64,000 nucleotides of DNA from an uncultured Legionellales bacterium (GTDB taxonomy: Bacteria; Pseudomonadota; Gammaproteobacteria; Eutrophobiales; Eutrophobiaceae), in contig CAJWRJ010000001.1 in NCBI GenBank assembly GCA_913046215.1, positions 72,897-136,896 of the forward strand, written 5' to 3'. Position numbers and translations under genes: made by a program. A model generated the notes under the pieces. The model was not told the origin of the DNA. It saw nothing but the letters and a program-made list of their open reading frames with translations, and did not search any database. Shown here in pieces: positions 12,463-22,906 of the stretch (positions are counted from its first letter, which is position 1; each line of letters opens with the position of its first letter).

Positions 12463-13623
12463 ATGAATATTAAATTATACCGTGCTGTATTATTAACTTT
12501 TTTTTTAATCGCTGGCAATTTGTATGCAGATACAGCGATTGTTCCTGCATTTCCAAAAATTTCAGCATCTTCATATTTATTAATGGATTACAACAGCGGC
12601 AAAATATTAGTACAGGAAAATATTCATCAAAAATTAGCACCAGCAAGCTTGACAAAAATAATGACAGTATATGTCATAGGACATGAGTTAGAAAAAGGAA
12701 CAATATCATTATCAGATGAAGTTTACATAAGTGATACAGCATACAATACTTTTGGTTCTCGAATGTTTGTTGAAGTGAATAGTAAGGTTAAATTAGAGGA
12801 TCTAATGTATGGCGTGATAATTCAATCTGGCAACGATGCTAGTGTTGCATTAGCAGAACATGTATCAGGAAGTGACATAAGTTTTGCTGCCCTCATGAAT
12901 CAGCATGCAGAAAATTTGGGCATGAACAATACTTATTTTGTTAATAGCTCAGGCATGCCAGTTGAAGGTGGTGGCAATTATACGACAGCACATGATTTAG
13001 CAATATTATCGCAAGCATTAATAAGAGAACATCCGGAAATATATAAACTTCATGTAATCAAGGAATATACTTACGGAGAAAAGAAGGCAATAACACAATA
13101 TAATCGAAATAGATTGCTATGGCGTGATCAAAGTGTAGATGGAATAAAAACAGGCCATACTGATGAGGCTGGTTATTGTTTAGTTGCATCAGCAATAAGG
13201 AATAATATGCGCTTAATCTCAGTTGTGATGGGTGCTGACAGTAAGAACTCAAGAGTCAAATCAAGCCAAACTATTTTAAACCATGGTTATAGATTTTTTC
13301 AGACCCATAAACTTTATGATGCAGGCGATGAAGTAACAGATGCAACGATTTTTAAAGCTAATACAGATAGCGTGGGATTGGTAATTGAGGATGATTTATA
13401 TGTTACGATTCCTAGGGGTCAATATGATCAATTAGAATCAGTTGTTGAAATTGATAAAAAAATAATTGCACCTGTTAATCAAGGATTGAAGCTTGGAGTA
13501 TTAAGTATTGTTCTATCTGATGAAAATATTAAATCAGTTTCTTTGTTAGCCAACAAAAATATTCCAAAAGGCGGTATTTTCAATCAATTAAAAGATCAGA
13601 TTCGTCTCCTACTACTTAAATAA
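12463..13623 (+). CDS. dacA: D-alanyl-D-alanine carboxypeptidase (PBP5/6 family)
   Basis: 386 aa with a signal peptide and the motifs SLTKIMT (SxxK), SGN and KTG. Confidence 0.9.
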   Translation: MNIKLYRAVLLTFFLIAGNLYADTAIVPAFPKISASSYLLMDYNSGKILVQENIHQKLAPASLTKIMTVYVIGHELEKGTISLSDEVYISDTAYNTFGSRMFVEVNSKVKLEDLMYGVIIQSGNDASVALAEHVSGSDISFAALMNQHAENLGMNNTYFVNSSGMPVEGGGNYTTAHDLAILSQALIREHPEIYKLHVIKEYTYGEKKAITQYNRNRLLWRDQSVDGIKTGHTDEAGYCLVASAIRNNMRLISVVMGADSKNSRVKSSQTILNHGYRFFQTHKLYDAGDEVTDATIFKANTDSVGLVIEDDLYVTIPRGQYDQLESVVEIDKKIIAPVNQGLKLGVLSIVLSDENIKSVSLLANKNIPKGGIFNQLKDQIRLLLLK

Positions 13624-13632
13624 TAATTTATC

Positions 13633-14472
13633 ATGAGCTTGGTATATCTTAACGGTGAGTTTAAGCCAATTGAAGAGGCTTCAGTTAATGTTTTGGATCG
13701 TGGATTCATATTTGGAGATGGAATCTATGAAGTAATTCCCGTTTTCAATCGTAAAATTTTTCGTTTTGACGAGCATATGAGACGTTTAGAGACGAGTCTA
13801 AACAAAATTTATATGAAAAGTCCCGTTTCTTCCAAAGAGCTATTTTCTATATTTGAACAACTAATAAATTCTATGGAAGAATATGATCAATCAATATACC
13901 TACATATAACCAGAGGGGTTTCTGATAGAGATCATGATATTTCAATAGCTAACGAACCAACAGTTTTTGCTATGAGTCGACCAATAAGAAAGAATAATTT
14001 ATATTTAGGGGTTAAGGCAATTACACATGATGATATTCGTTGGCAGTATTGCGATATAAAAGCGACCACATTGTTATCCAGTGTTCTACTGAGACATAAG
14101 GCAAAAGAAGAAGGTTCACGCGAGGCTATTTTAGTAAGAGATGGTTTTGTAACAGAAGGTGCTGCTAGCAATATATTTATTCATTTAGATGACAAAATTT
14201 ATACTCCACCAAAAACTAATCATGTTCTACCTGGAATAACCCGCGATCTTTTAATTGAGATATTGTTAGATTATAAAATACCTCTAAAAGAGGAGGCCAT
14301 TAGCGTGGATATGTTATCTAGTGCTAGTGAAATCTGGCTTACAAGCTCAACTTGGGAGATAGTGCCCGTGGTTGAATTGAATGGTAATTTAGTTGGTGAA
14401 GGAAATCCCGGCCCTCTATGGAAAGAAGTTAATATTTTATATCAAGAATTTAAACGTAATTACTGTAACTAA
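13633..14472 (+). CDS. dat: D-amino-acid (D-alanine) aminotransferase, fold-type IV PLP enzyme
   Basis: 279 aa. The motifs CDIKATTLLSSVLL...EAILVRDGFVTEGAASNIFI...LPGITRD align closely to Bacillus Dat. Confidence 0.8.
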   Translation: MSLVYLNGEFKPIEEASVNVLDRGFIFGDGIYEVIPVFNRKIFRFDEHMRRLETSLNKIYMKSPVSSKELFSIFEQLINSMEEYDQSIYLHITRGVSDRDHDISIANEPTVFAMSRPIRKNNLYLGVKAITHDDIRWQYCDIKATTLLSSVLLRHKAKEEGSREAILVRDGFVTEGAASNIFIHLDDKIYTPPKTNHVLPGITRDLLIEILLDYKIPLKEEAISVDMLSSASEIWLTSSTWEIVPVVELNGNLVGEGNPGPLWKEVNILYQEFKRNYCN

Positions 14473-14473
14473 T

Positions 14474-14830
14474 ATGGAAATATATAAGTCATTTAGGATA
14501 GAAGCTGCACACAGGTTACCAAATCTACCAAGTCATCATAAATGCAGTCGGCTTCATGGACATTCATTTGTAATCGAAGTACATCTTTCTGGTGAGATTG
14601 ATAAAAAGCATGGTTGGGTAATGGATTTCGCTGATATTAGCGGCGCATTTCAATCTGTATACAAGCGTTTAGATCATCATTATCTTAATGATATTGATGG
14701 TTTAGAAAACCCTACAAGTGAGAATTTAGCAAAATGGATTTGGAATGAACTCATTATAAACTTGCCTTCATTGCATTCGGTCGTTGTAAAAGAAACATGC
14801 AATTCTGGTTGCGTGTACAAGGGTGAGTAA
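14474..14830 (+). CDS. queD: 6-carboxy-5,6,7,8-tetrahydropterin synthase
   Basis: Internal start MEIYKSFRIEAAHRLPNLPSHHKCSRLHGHSF (118 aa), PTPS/QueD family. The track ORF starting at 14393 is an upstream extension that overlaps dat. Confidence 0.85.
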   Translation: MEIYKSFRIEAAHRLPNLPSHHKCSRLHGHSFVIEVHLSGEIDKKHGWVMDFADISGAFQSVYKRLDHHYLNDIDGLENPTSENLAKWIWNELIINLPSLHSVVVKETCNSGCVYKGE

Positions 14831-14847
14831 TTAGTTTACATCCATTA

Positions 14848-15636
14848 TTAATTTTTGATACGCGTCCCTCTATTAAGCAAATACAGTGAGATGAGAAATA
14901 GAATTAATATAAATACAAATAGAATAGTGAAAGCATAGGTGATACTAATATCAGATTCTCCCAACATTCCATAACGAAAAGCATTAACCATGTATAATAT
15001 TGGATTTAAAATTGAAATTTTTTGCCAGAATTCAGGCAGCATATCTATCGAATAGAATACTCCGCCTAAATAGATCAATGGCATCAAAACAAATGTAGGT
15101 ATAATCGCTATGTCATCAAATTTTTCAGCAAAAACTCCATTAATAAATCCAGCCAACGAAAATGCTATTGATGTTAGAAGAACAATTGCAATAGTAATAC
15201 TTAGGCTATACAAATTTAATTTAGTGAAGAACAGAGCCACTATCGTTACAACGATCCCAACTAAAATTCCCCTTGCTACACCACCAGCAACATAACCTAT
15301 TAATATTATAATGTTAGGTATTGGTGCTACCAGTATCTCTTCTATATGTTTTTGAAATTTAGCACCAAAGAATGATGAGACAACATTTCCATAAGAATTA
15401 CTAATTATCGCCATCATAATGATACCAGGGGCTATATATTCCATATAACCGAATCCGTTCATTGTTCCAATTCTCGGTCCGATTAAACTGCCAAAAATTA
15501 TGAAATACAGCGACATACTTACAGTGGGGGGTAGAATAGTTTGCATCCATATTCTTGTAAATCTGGTAATTTCTTTTAATATGATTGTATTTAAAGCAAT
15601 TAGTATTGGTTTTTTATACATGATTTTATTTTTCAT
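14848..15636 (-). CDS. ABC-2 type transporter permease
   Basis: 262 aa with six TM helices. Overlaps the upstream ATPase gene by 11 nt. Confidence 0.8.
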   Translation of the reverse strand: MKNKIMYKKPILIALNTIILKEITRFTRIWMQTILPPTVSMSLYFIIFGSLIGPRIGTMNGFGYMEYIAPGIIMMAIISNSYGNVVSSFFGAKFQKHIEEILVAPIPNIIILIGYVAGGVARGILVGIVVTIVALFFTKLNLYSLSITIAIVLLTSIAFSLAGFINGVFAEKFDDIAIIPTFVLMPLIYLGGVFYSIDMLPEFWQKISILNPILYMVNAFRYGMLGESDISITYAFTILFVFILILFLISLYLLNRGTRIKN

Positions 15637-16537
15637 TTAGTAAGTTTATGAAGAGTTCTTCTAAACGATTTCTTTTATTTCTCATGCTTGCGACGCTAAT
15701 TCCTGATTCATTAAAAATTTCAAAAAGCTCATTTATATTATTTTTTCTATTTACTTCAACTTCAATTGTTGTGCTATCAATTGAATTTATTTTGAAATTT
15801 TTCATGGATGGCAATTTTTTTGTAGGATGGGTTAAATCAAAAATAAAAGTTTCTTTTTTTAATTTTGATAATAAAATCTTCATTGAAGTATTCTCTACAA
15901 TTTTACCATGATCGATAATCGCTATATTTTTACAAAGTGATTCGGCTTCTTCTAAATAATGTGTTGTTAGCACAATAGTCACGCCTTGTTTATTTATATC
16001 AATAAGAAAATCCCACATAGAACGTCTTAATTCTACATCAACACCAGCTGTAGGTTCGTCTAGTATCAGCATCTTTGGTTCGTGAACCAAAGCTCTTGCT
16101 ATCATTAGACGTCTTTTCATTCCGCCTGATAAATTACGGGATCTCTCATTTCTTTTGGTCCATAGATCGAGTTTTTTAAGATACTTTTCAGCGCGTTCTA
16201 ATGCTAATCTTCGATTAATACCATAGAAACCACCCTGATTTACAACAATTTCAAGGCATGTTTCAAATTGGGAGAAATTAATTTCTTGCGGTACAACACC
16301 TATACATGATTTTGCAGCATTACTATGTTCATCAATATCATGGCCAAAAACTTTTACTGATCCTGATGTCTTCATTGAAAGATCACAGATAATGCTAATT
16401 GTTGATGATTTGCCGGCGCCATTTGGTCCGAGTAGTGCAAAAAAATCACCTTGGCTTACATTTAAATTTATATTATCTAATGCTTTAACATCATTTTTAT
16501 ATATTTTTGTTAAATTATTTATTTCAAGTGCTTTCAT
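15626..16537 (-). CDS. ABC transporter ATP-binding protein
   Basis: 303 aa with Walker A (GPNGAGKSS), the LSGGMKRRL signature and Walker B (ILDEPT). Confidence 0.9.
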   Translation of the reverse strand: MKALEINNLTKIYKNDVKALDNINLNVSQGDFFALLGPNGAGKSSTISIICDLSMKTSGSVKVFGHDIDEHSNAAKSCIGVVPQEINFSQFETCLEIVVNQGGFYGINRRLALERAEKYLKKLDLWTKRNERSRNLSGGMKRRLMIARALVHEPKMLILDEPTAGVDVELRRSMWDFLIDINKQGVTIVLTTHYLEEAESLCKNIAIIDHGKIVENTSMKILLSKLKKETFIFDLTHPTKKLPSMKNFKINSIDSTTIEVEVNRKNNINELFEIFNESGISVASMRNKRNRLEELFINLLNEK

Positions 16538-16730
16538 AAAGGATGCTATAGATATTAAATGTAATATTATTTATTATTAGGATTATAAATAAGCGTATTT
16601 GTTCCTAATATTTTACTTTATAATTGGGCTGTAGAGTATCATATAATCGGTTTTAATTCCTTGTAGGTAGACTCGCTACATAATCAATAATAATATTTAA
16701 AATGCACGTATTAAAATATACAGAAAATTT

Positions 16731-17003
16731 ATGAACGAAGTAGAAAAAGACACAATCATGAAATTTCCTTGTCAGTTCCCAATAAAAGTGATGGGAAAAG
16801 TTTCTGATGATTTTGATATAGTCGTTGGTGATATCGTTAGAAAACATGCGCCGGAGCTATCCAAAAACGCAGTAAAAAGTAAATTGAGTAATGCTGGGAA
16901 TTACATAGCCGTGACCATTACAATCGAAGCTAAAAGTAGAGAGCAACTGGATGATATTTATCTAGATCTGACAAACAATGATAAAGTTTTAATGGCGTTA
17001 TAA
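16731..17003 (+). CDS. ybeD: YbeD-family protein (UPF0250)
   Basis: 90 aa (FPCQFPIKVMGK...YIAVTITIEAKSREQLDDIY) aligns to E. coli YbeD. Sits in the conserved position before lipB. Confidence 0.85.
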   Translation: MNEVEKDTIMKFPCQFPIKVMGKVSDDFDIVVGDIVRKHAPELSKNAVKSKLSNAGNYIAVTITIEAKSREQLDDIYLDLTNNDKVLMAL

Positions 17004-17635
17004 TGTTTATAACTAGAGATTTGGGTAAAAAGGATTATTTGGAAACATATCAAATGATGCGTGATTTTACCTTTAAGCGTGATACTTACACAAACGATGA
17101 AATATGGTTAGTAGAGCATTTTCCAGTTTATACTCTTGGGTATTCAAAAAAAAAGGAACACGTGCTCCATGTTAAAAATATCTCAATAATTGAAACTGAT
17201 CGAGGCGGGCAGGTAACTTATCATGGACCTGGTCAGCTAGTTGTTTATCTATTGGTAGATTTAAAAAGACAATCCTACAAAGTAAAGAAACTGGTCTCGC
17301 TAATAGAGGAATCAGTAATCAGTTATTTACAAGAATGTGGAGTAGAGGCTAGAAAAAAACATAATACACCAGGAGTTTTTGTGGAAAATTCAAAGATATC
17401 TGCTTTGGGGCTGCGAGTGAAAAAAAATTGCACATATCATGGTTTTTCACTTAATGTGAATATGGATCTGTCACCATTCAAAGACATTAATCCATGCGGA
17501 ATACAAAATATGCCAGTTACACAATTAATTAATTTTAATGAAAATATAACTATTGAAATTGTAAAAAAAGATCTTTTAAGTCATCTAATAAAAAACTTGG
17601 AAGAAACTTCAAAATACAACCGAAAAGTCGCATAG
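17003..17635 (+). CDS. lipB: octanoyltransferase
   Basis: 210 aa with TDRGGQVTYHGPGQLVVY and ALGLRV...HGFSLNV. Confidence 0.9.
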   Translation: MFITRDLGKKDYLETYQMMRDFTFKRDTYTNDEIWLVEHFPVYTLGYSKKKEHVLHVKNISIIETDRGGQVTYHGPGQLVVYLLVDLKRQSYKVKKLVSLIEESVISYLQECGVEARKKHNTPGVFVENSKISALGLRVKKNCTYHGFSLNVNMDLSPFKDINPCGIQNMPVTQLINFNENITIEIVKKDLLSHLIKNLEETSKYNRKVA

Positions 17636-17647
17636 AAAAATTGAAAT

Positions 17648-18601
17648 ATGTATCAAAATAATATCTATCTGAAACCCAACATAAACCAACGTGGAAAATT
17701 TAAAACTAATAAAGTTTTAAATCAAAAAATATCGATTAATAAAAATATCAAAAGAAAACCCAGTTGGATAAAATTAAAAACACCAATTAATAATAATGTT
17801 TTAGGTCTTAGAAGATTAATAAGAAAGAATAAATTACATACCGTTTGCGAAGAAGCGTCATGTCCAAACATTGGAGAGTGTTTTTCAAGCGGCACTGCAA
17901 CATTTATGATTTTAGGTGATATTTGTACAAGACGCTGTCCTTTTTGCGATGTTGCACATGGAAAGCCTAAGCCTCCAGATATTAATGAAGCTAGTAATCT
18001 CGCAAAAATAATAAATCAAATGAAATTAAATTATGTTGTAATTACCTCCGTTGATCGTGACGATTTGTTAGATAGAGGAGCCTTACATTTTCATCATTGC
18101 ATCAATCAAATAAGGAAAGAGTGTGCTAATACAAAAATTGAAATATTAGTTCCTGATTTTAGATCGAAAATAGATATAGCGCTTGATATCCTATCAAAAT
18201 CACCACCTGATGTTTTCAACCACAATCTTGAATCTGTCCCACGTCTATACAGTAAAGTTAGGCCAGGTGCAGATTACTATGCATCACTGTCATTAATTAA
18301 AAAGTTTAAAGAAAGAAATAATCATATTTTCACCAAGTCTGGTTTGATGGTAGGCATAGGGGAGAAATCGGATGAGGTTGAGCAGGTGCTGATTGATTTG
18401 AGAGAGCATGGCTGCGATATGGTAACGATAGGACAATATTTACAACCAAGTCGATATCACTTGCCTCTCGAACGATATGTTCATCCAAATGAATTTCAGG
18501 ATCTTGCTAGCTTCGCTAAAAAATTAGGGTTTACCAGTGTTGCAAGCTCACCAATGGTAAGATCATCATATCATGCTGATCAGCAGATGTTTTCGAACTA
18601 G
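17648..18601 (+). CDS. lipA: lipoyl synthase
   Basis: 317 aa with [13 protein letters not shown] and the radical-SAM motif [10 protein letters not shown]. Confidence 0.95.
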   Translation: MYQNNIYLKPNINQRGKFKTNKVLNQKISINKNIKRKPSWIKLKTPINNNVLGLRRLIRKNKLHTVCEEASCPNIGECFSSGTATFMILGDICTRRCPFCDVAHGKPKPPDINEASNLAKIINQMKLNYVVITSVDRDDLLDRGALHFHHCINQIRKECANTKIEILVPDFRSKIDIALDILSKSPPDVFNHNLESVPRLYSKVRPGADYYASLSLIKKFKERNNHIFTKSGLMVGIGEKSDEVEQVLIDLREHGCDMVTIGQYLQPSRYHLPLERYVHPNEFQDLASFAKKLGFTSVASSPMVRSSYHADQQMFSN

Positions 18602-18607
18602 TGAGCG

Positions 18608-19456
18608 TTATTTTGCGTTTAAAAAAAGTAGCGGCTCAACAGTTGTGTTATTTAGATAGACACTCCAATGGAGATGTGCGCCCGTAGAGCGGCCTGTTGA
18701 ACCAACAGTACCAATCAGGTCATTTGTATTCACATGTGCACCCTCTGCAACGTTTATCTCATTGAGATGACAATACATTGTGATTAACCCCTGTCCATGA
18801 TCTAAGAACACCGTCTTACCATTAAAAAAGTAATTACCAGTATTTATCACAATGCCAGCTGCTGGCGCTGTAACCGGAGTGCCCTCTGCTGCTGCGATAT
18901 CAATCCCACCATGTGGATTTCGAGGCTGGTTATTGAAGAACCGGCGGAGTCCAAATGCACTACTATAAGGACCTACCGTAGGTTTTTGGAACTTTAGTGG
19001 AATGCTATTAATTTCTCTCCAGCTATTTTTCACATTTTTTATTAATTTTATTTCTTTTGTAATTCGTTCCATATCTTCTTTATTTGGATTTACTTTACGT
19101 TTGTTTTTAATAGTCAGGTATTGAGCTTCATATTTTTTGTCTAATATTTCAAAAAAATAATTAGACTCAGCCCCATTATTAATCACTTTTAATTTATGTT
19201 CTCCGATTTCTATTTTTAATGGTATCCCGATAATTGCTTTCCAATTATTACTGCTGCCTATAATCATAACTTTACGTTTATAGAAAAATGCCTCCGGTTT
19301 ATCATCAGTTTGAATAGATATTATTACTATTCCACCGGGCACATTCGATTCTATTGGTAATTTATCTGCAAAAACCAAATTTATTGGAATTACTAAGATT
19401 AATACTAGATATAATATTAATTTATTTTTCATAGATTTTTTCCACAATTGAGTCAA
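18608..19456 (-). CDS. M23 family metallopeptidase
   Basis: 282 aa with a signal peptide and the LytM motifs HGGIDIAAAEGTPV...GSTGRSTGAHLHW. Confidence 0.85.
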   Translation of the reverse strand: MTQLWKKSMKNKLILYLVLILVIPINLVFADKLPIESNVPGGIVIISIQTDDKPEAFFYKRKVMIIGSSNNWKAIIGIPLKIEIGEHKLKVINNGAESNYFFEILDKKYEAQYLTIKNKRKVNPNKEDMERITKEIKLIKNVKNSWREINSIPLKFQKPTVGPYSSAFGLRRFFNNQPRNPHGGIDIAAAEGTPVTAPAAGIVINTGNYFFNGKTVFLDHGQGLITMYCHLNEINVAEGAHVNTNDLIGTVGSTGRSTGAHLHWSVYLNNTTVEPLLFLNAK

Positions 19457-20801
19457 TTTCAGATTCTGCCAGCTTCACATGTAATTTTTTACCAATCTTT
19501 AGCTTATCAGAATTTTTCACAATTTTATTAGTATTGTAATCGGTCACAATTGCGTAACCTCGCTCTAACGTTGCAGTTGGACTAATCGACGTTAGTATAC
19601 TTTTTATACTCATTATTTCACTGTTCTTTTGTTTTAGAATCGACCTAATTGTACCAATAAATCTGAAATGCAAGTTGTTAACATGTGATAGCTGTTGCGC
19701 AACAATATATACAGGATTTAGTTTTGTTAACCGATTTTCTATTTTTGTTAGAGTTATTTTTTTTGATGATATGTTTTTTTCAAAATGATGTTTAAGACGG
19801 ATTGAGTGTTCATCAATTCTTTGCATGAGTTCAATTAATTTTCTATCAGGCCGCGGTAAATTTTTAAACAAAATTTCAATAGATTTTTTATAATTTTTAA
19901 TAATTTGTTTTTGAAAACGCACTAATTGTTTTTCGCGAATTTCAAGTTCTTGCCGAAGCTCATCAATATTTGGACTAACCAGCTCTGCTGCCGCAGAAGG
20001 GGTCGGGGCTCTTAAATCAGCAACAAAATCTGTGATTGTAAAATCAATTTCATGACCTATCCCGCTAACTATTGGCGTATCAATACTAAATATTGCCCGT
20101 GCTACAATTTCTTCATTAAATGCCCACAGGTCTTCCAGTGAGCCACCACCTCGTGCGATTATCAACACATCACACTCCTTTCTTTTTTCAGCAACTTTTA
20201 TTTTATTGGCAATCATTTTTGCAGCTTCATCACCCTGAACCGAAACAGGGTAGATAATCAGGTCACAAAGTGGATATCGGCGTTTTAGTACAGTTAAAAT
20301 ATCTCGAATAGCTGCTCCCGTTTCGGAAGTGATCACTCCTATTGTTTTAGCATACTTCGGAATAGCTTTTTTATGTTTTTCATCAAATAAACCCTCGCTG
20401 GAAAGCTTTTGTTTTAGAGCGTCGAATGCAATTTGTAGTGCCCCAGCACCAGCTGGTTCAATTTGTTGAATGATGAGCTGGTATTCACCTCGGCCTTCAT
20501 AGAGACCAACATTTGCTTTTGCGAGCACCTTCATTCCATTGTCTATATCAAATCGTAAATTGGCATGTCTGTTTTTGAAAAAAGCGCATCTTATTTGGGC
20601 TTCATTATCCTTCATGGTGAAATAAAAATGTCCTGAGCCGGGCTTTGCCAAATTTGATATTTCTCCTTCAATCCAGATTGAGGGATATACCTCTTCTAGC
20701 AAATACCGCACCTCGCGATTGAGACGGGAAATCGTGTAGATATCCTCTTCTGGAGCTGGAAATGTATTTTTTGATCTAATTTCTGCCATTTTTAACTTCA
20801 A
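19422..20801 (-). CDS. xseA: exodeoxyribonuclease VII large subunit
   Basis: 459 aa. N-terminal OB-fold segment (YTISRLNREVRYLLEEVYPSIWIEGEISNL...HFYFTMKD) matches XseA. Confidence 0.9.
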   Translation of the reverse strand: MKLKMAEIRSKNTFPAPEEDIYTISRLNREVRYLLEEVYPSIWIEGEISNLAKPGSGHFYFTMKDNEAQIRCAFFKNRHANLRFDIDNGMKVLAKANVGLYEGRGEYQLIIQQIEPAGAGALQIAFDALKQKLSSEGLFDEKHKKAIPKYAKTIGVITSETGAAIRDILTVLKRRYPLCDLIIYPVSVQGDEAAKMIANKIKVAEKRKECDVLIIARGGGSLEDLWAFNEEIVARAIFSIDTPIVSGIGHEIDFTITDFVADLRAPTPSAAAELVSPNIDELRQELEIREKQLVRFQKQIIKNYKKSIEILFKNLPRPDRKLIELMQRIDEHSIRLKHHFEKNISSKKITLTKIENRLTKLNPVYIVAQQLSHVNNLHFRFIGTIRSILKQKNSEIMSIKSILTSISPTATLERGYAIVTDYNTNKIVKNSDKLKIGKKLHVKLAESEIDSIVEKIYEK

Positions 20802-20899
20802 AACCTATGAAAATTTAAAAATAATCAAAGACGGACTTGCCGTTGTCAAAGTTCGGACTATAATGCACGGCTATTTTAAATCCAACGCAGGGTGCTGTC

Positions 20900-22360
20900 A
20901 TGAAAATAACGGAAGAAGCCCTAACTTTTGATGATGTTCTATTAGTCCCTGATTATTCAGAGATCCTCCCTCGCCAGGCGTCGTTGCAGACACAGTTAAC
21001 TCGGGACATAAAAATGAACATACCCCTTGTTTCTGCGGCAATGGACACCGTTACCGAATCGGAATTAGCTATCGCATTAGCCCAAGAAGGCGGTGTCGGT
21101 ATTATCCATAAAAATATGGATCCAGAGCTTCAGGCAAAGAATGTTCGTCGTGTTAAAAAATATGAGAGTGGCATCATTCAAGAACCCGTTACAGTAGGAC
21201 CATATACAAGCATACAAGAAGTAATTGATTTGACGAGACAAAAAAATATCTCCGGTGTTCCTGTGGTAGATGGAGATGAGCTTGTTGGTATTGTTACAAG
21301 CAGGGACCTGCGTTTTGAAGAAAAACCAGATGATCCTGTTAGAAACATTATGACTAGAAAGGAATCTTTGGTTACCGTAGAGGAGCACGCGACTAAAGAA
21401 GAGGTCCGCGCTCTTTTACATAAACATCGCATAGAAAAAATATTGGTGGTCAATAACAAATTTCAGTTAGCCGGTTTAATTACAGTGAAGGATATGCAAA
21501 AAGCTTCTGAGTATCCAAACGCATGTTTAGATGATGCCGAACAGCTAAGAGTAGGTGCGGCAGTTGGTGTAGGAGAAATAGCAAGGAAACGAGCTGCACT
21601 CCTTGTTGAGTCTAACGTTGATGTTATTGTTGTTGATACAGCACACGGTCATTCAAAGGGTGTGTTAGATATGGTGAAGTGGATAAAGACGAATTTTAAG
21701 GAGACGCAAGTTATTGGAGGCAATATTGCAACAGCAGATGCGGCATTGGCATTAGTAAAAGCAGGTGCTGATGCTGTTAAAGTTGGTATAGGCCCCGGTT
21801 CAATTTGTACGACACGAGTTATAAGCGGTGTGGGCATGCCACAAATCTCCGCAGTCACAAATGTTGCCAAGGCTTTAAAAAACAAAGGTATTCCCGTCAT
21901 ATCTGATGGCGGCGTTCGTTATTCGGGGGATTTAGCAAAGGGCTTAGCAGCAGGCGCAAATAGTATGATGGTCGGCGGATTATTTGCGGGCACTGAGGAA
22001 GCACCGGGTGAAGTTGAGCTTTATCAAGGACGGTCCTATAAAACGTATCGAGGAATGGGTTCGCTTGGGGCAATGGCTGAAAAATACGGCTCATCAGATC
22101 GTTATTTTCAAGAGAATGATGAGGTTGAAAAACTTATACCAGAGGGTATTGAAGGTCGCGTACCATATAAAGGTGCGCTAGAAGCAGTTGTTCATCAACT
22201 ATGTGGTGGCATCAGAGCTGCGTTAGGTTATACAGGATGCTTGGATTTAAAAGAAATGAGGGATAAGGCAAAATTTGTACGATTAACAAGCGCAGGATTT
22301 AAAGAAAGTCATGTGCACGATGTTGCCATTACCAAGGAGCCACCTAATTACCGTTTGTAG
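20900..22360 (+). CDS. guaB: IMP dehydrogenase
   Basis: 486 aa with a CBS pair and the catalytic loop [12 protein letters not shown]. Confidence 0.96.
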   Translation: MKITEEALTFDDVLLVPDYSEILPRQASLQTQLTRDIKMNIPLVSAAMDTVTESELAIALAQEGGVGIIHKNMDPELQAKNVRRVKKYESGIIQEPVTVGPYTSIQEVIDLTRQKNISGVPVVDGDELVGIVTSRDLRFEEKPDDPVRNIMTRKESLVTVEEHATKEEVRALLHKHRIEKILVVNNKFQLAGLITVKDMQKASEYPNACLDDAEQLRVGAAVGVGEIARKRAALLVESNVDVIVVDTAHGHSKGVLDMVKWIKTNFKETQVIGGNIATADAALALVKAGADAVKVGIGPGSICTTRVISGVGMPQISAVTNVAKALKNKGIPVISDGGVRYSGDLAKGLAAGANSMMVGGLFAGTEEAPGEVELYQGRSYKTYRGMGSLGAMAEKYGSSDRYFQENDEVEKLIPEGIEGRVPYKGALEAVVHQLCGGIRAALGYTGCLDLKEMRDKAKFVRLTSAGFKESHVHDVAITKEPPNYRL

Positions 22361-22410
22361 ATCTCAATAGTATTAATTAGGCGCAATCAATTTATTGCGG
22401 AGAGAAAAAT

Positions 22411-22872
22411 ATGAGAATCACTATATACCTAATGTTACTTTTCTTTACATTACCTCTTATCTCAGAGGAAAGAAAACATGGCGGCAAGGCAATCAAAGTA
22501 ATGGTTGAAGCGGGGACTAAAGATGGCAAGATGATATTCACACCAAATGACTTTACATTCGAACGCGGTAAGCACTACAAGCTTATTATATCAAACCCAA
22601 GTCCCAGTGCGCATTACTTTAGCGTCGATGAATTTGCAACCCACATCTATACCCGTAAGATTGAAGTTGTTGGTCCGAATGGTAAAGCACTAGCTGAAAT
22701 TTACGGCGATGTTCATGATGTTGAGGTATTTCCTAACTCAACTATTGAATGGTATTTTTATCCTATGAAAAAAGGTAAAAATTTAAAATTGTATTGTCAC
22801 AAAGAAAATCATGAAGAAATGGGCATGGTTGGTACAGTTAATATTATTGGGTCATTACCTTTGAGTAAATAA
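22411..22872 (+). CDS. secreted cupredoxin-like (type-1 blue copper) protein
   Basis: 153 aa. Signal peptide, a candidate first His ligand (PSPSAHYFSV) and a C-terminal YCHKENHEEMGMVGTVNIIG that resembles the Cys-His-Met ligand loop and GMVGKVTV tail of plastocyanin/azurin. Confidence 0.5.
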   Translation: MRITIYLMLLFFTLPLISEERKHGGKAIKVMVEAGTKDGKMIFTPNDFTFERGKHYKLIISNPSPSAHYFSVDEFATHIYTRKIEVVGPNGKALAEIYGDVHDVEVFPNSTIEWYFYPMKKGKNLKLYCHKENHEEMGMVGTVNIIGSLPLSK

Positions 22873-22906
22873 TCAGAGAGAATTTTATATAAAAAAATTT
22901 TATTAA

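Noticed and set aside
21077-22181. Several 60-100-aa antisense or alternate-frame ORFs inside guaB
   Set aside because: They are entirely contained within a highly conserved guaB reading frame and have no independent signals or motifs. Similar internal ORFs are seen inside gatA, mreB, mrdA, dacA, recA, alaS, lysC, the oxidoreductase, the porin and the sensor kinase.
22361-22410. Short inverted repeat GCGCAAT...ATTGCG after guaB
   Set aside because: A 6-7 bp stem without a U-tract. It is more likely part of the promoter/RBS region of the cupredoxin-like gene than a terminator.
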